Source of the DNA: Candidatus Poribacteria bacterium
GTDB taxonomy: Bacteria > Poribacteria > WGA-4E > UBA9662
DNA: 48,811 nt
Reading direction: 5' to 3'
Assembly: GCA_046582655.1 (NCBI GenBank)
Contig: JAYGDX010000307.1
Coordinates: 1-48,811 of the forward strand
Shown here: piece after piece, positions 48,666 to 48,811 of the stretch
Position numbering within the stretch: position 1 is the first letter of the stretch
How the letters are laid out: every line of letters starts with the position of its first letter
Notes under the pieces: model-generated
The model's database searches: none
Seen by the model: only the letters and a program-made list of their open reading frames with translations
Told to the model about the DNA's origin: nothing
Translations under genes and position numbers: made by a program

Positions 48666-48811
48666 AACTAATAAAAGGAAAGCAAGGATGGCAATAAAGG
48701 AGATGAGACCATACATTTAATCACTAAGTCCCAGTTTACCTTCAACCATAATTGGCTAGAATCATCTGGTGATGAGTTCGATGAGTCTAGTGAAGAAGAA
48801 TCAGAGGTCAA

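Noticed and set aside
1..48811. CRISPR array, rRNA, tRNA, integrase or reverse transcriptase
   Set aside because: No regularly spaced repeats or recognisable motifs were seen.

Overview
A 48.8-kb bacterial chromosomal segment. The gene families point to Candidatus Poribacteria (inference): LamG proteins ending in AVDPKGKLAxTWAxLK, an NYPNPFNPETWIPF-type C-terminal domain, DUF1553/DUF1501, PhyH dioxygenases, sulfatases and Gfo/Idh/MocA paralogues. A flagellin relic would fit the pelagic lineage. The left ~26 kb is intact and gene-dense. It holds an atypical sulfatase, two inverted Gfo/Idh/MocA paralogues, a 2310-aa Ig-repeat surface protein with a T9SS-like CTD followed by a PorV-like barrel, purC, a hypothetical/PhyH/PAL-like operon, a DUF1553-epimerase-oxidoreductase-DUF1501 operon, a HEAT-repeat protein, a candidate ~200-nt rod-shaped ncRNA, two tandem LamG genes, a probable lysozyme-fold protein and sixA. 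The right ~22 kb is a compositional mosaic. Its intact genes are a GT-C glycosyltransferase, an FG-GAP protein, an AT-rich type III PKS + sulfotransferase pair, an MMPL/LolA-like/beta-barrel transporter trio, an FGE-domain lipoprotein, a MORN protein, a canonical sulfatase, a CadA-type ATPase and an MntR/DtxR regulator with a consensus promoter and operator. These are interleaved with many gene relics (IS5 transposase, flagellin, CopZ-like HMA, PhyH N-terminus, orphan CTD, FeoB, Gfo/Idh/MocA). The best novelty candidates are the type III PKS-sulfotransferase(-exporter) locus, the giant-protein/PorV-like secretion pair plus the TW-xx-K C-terminal motif, the rod-shaped RNA, and the PhyH + PAL-like operon. 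All calls come from reading motifs by eye; no searches were run.
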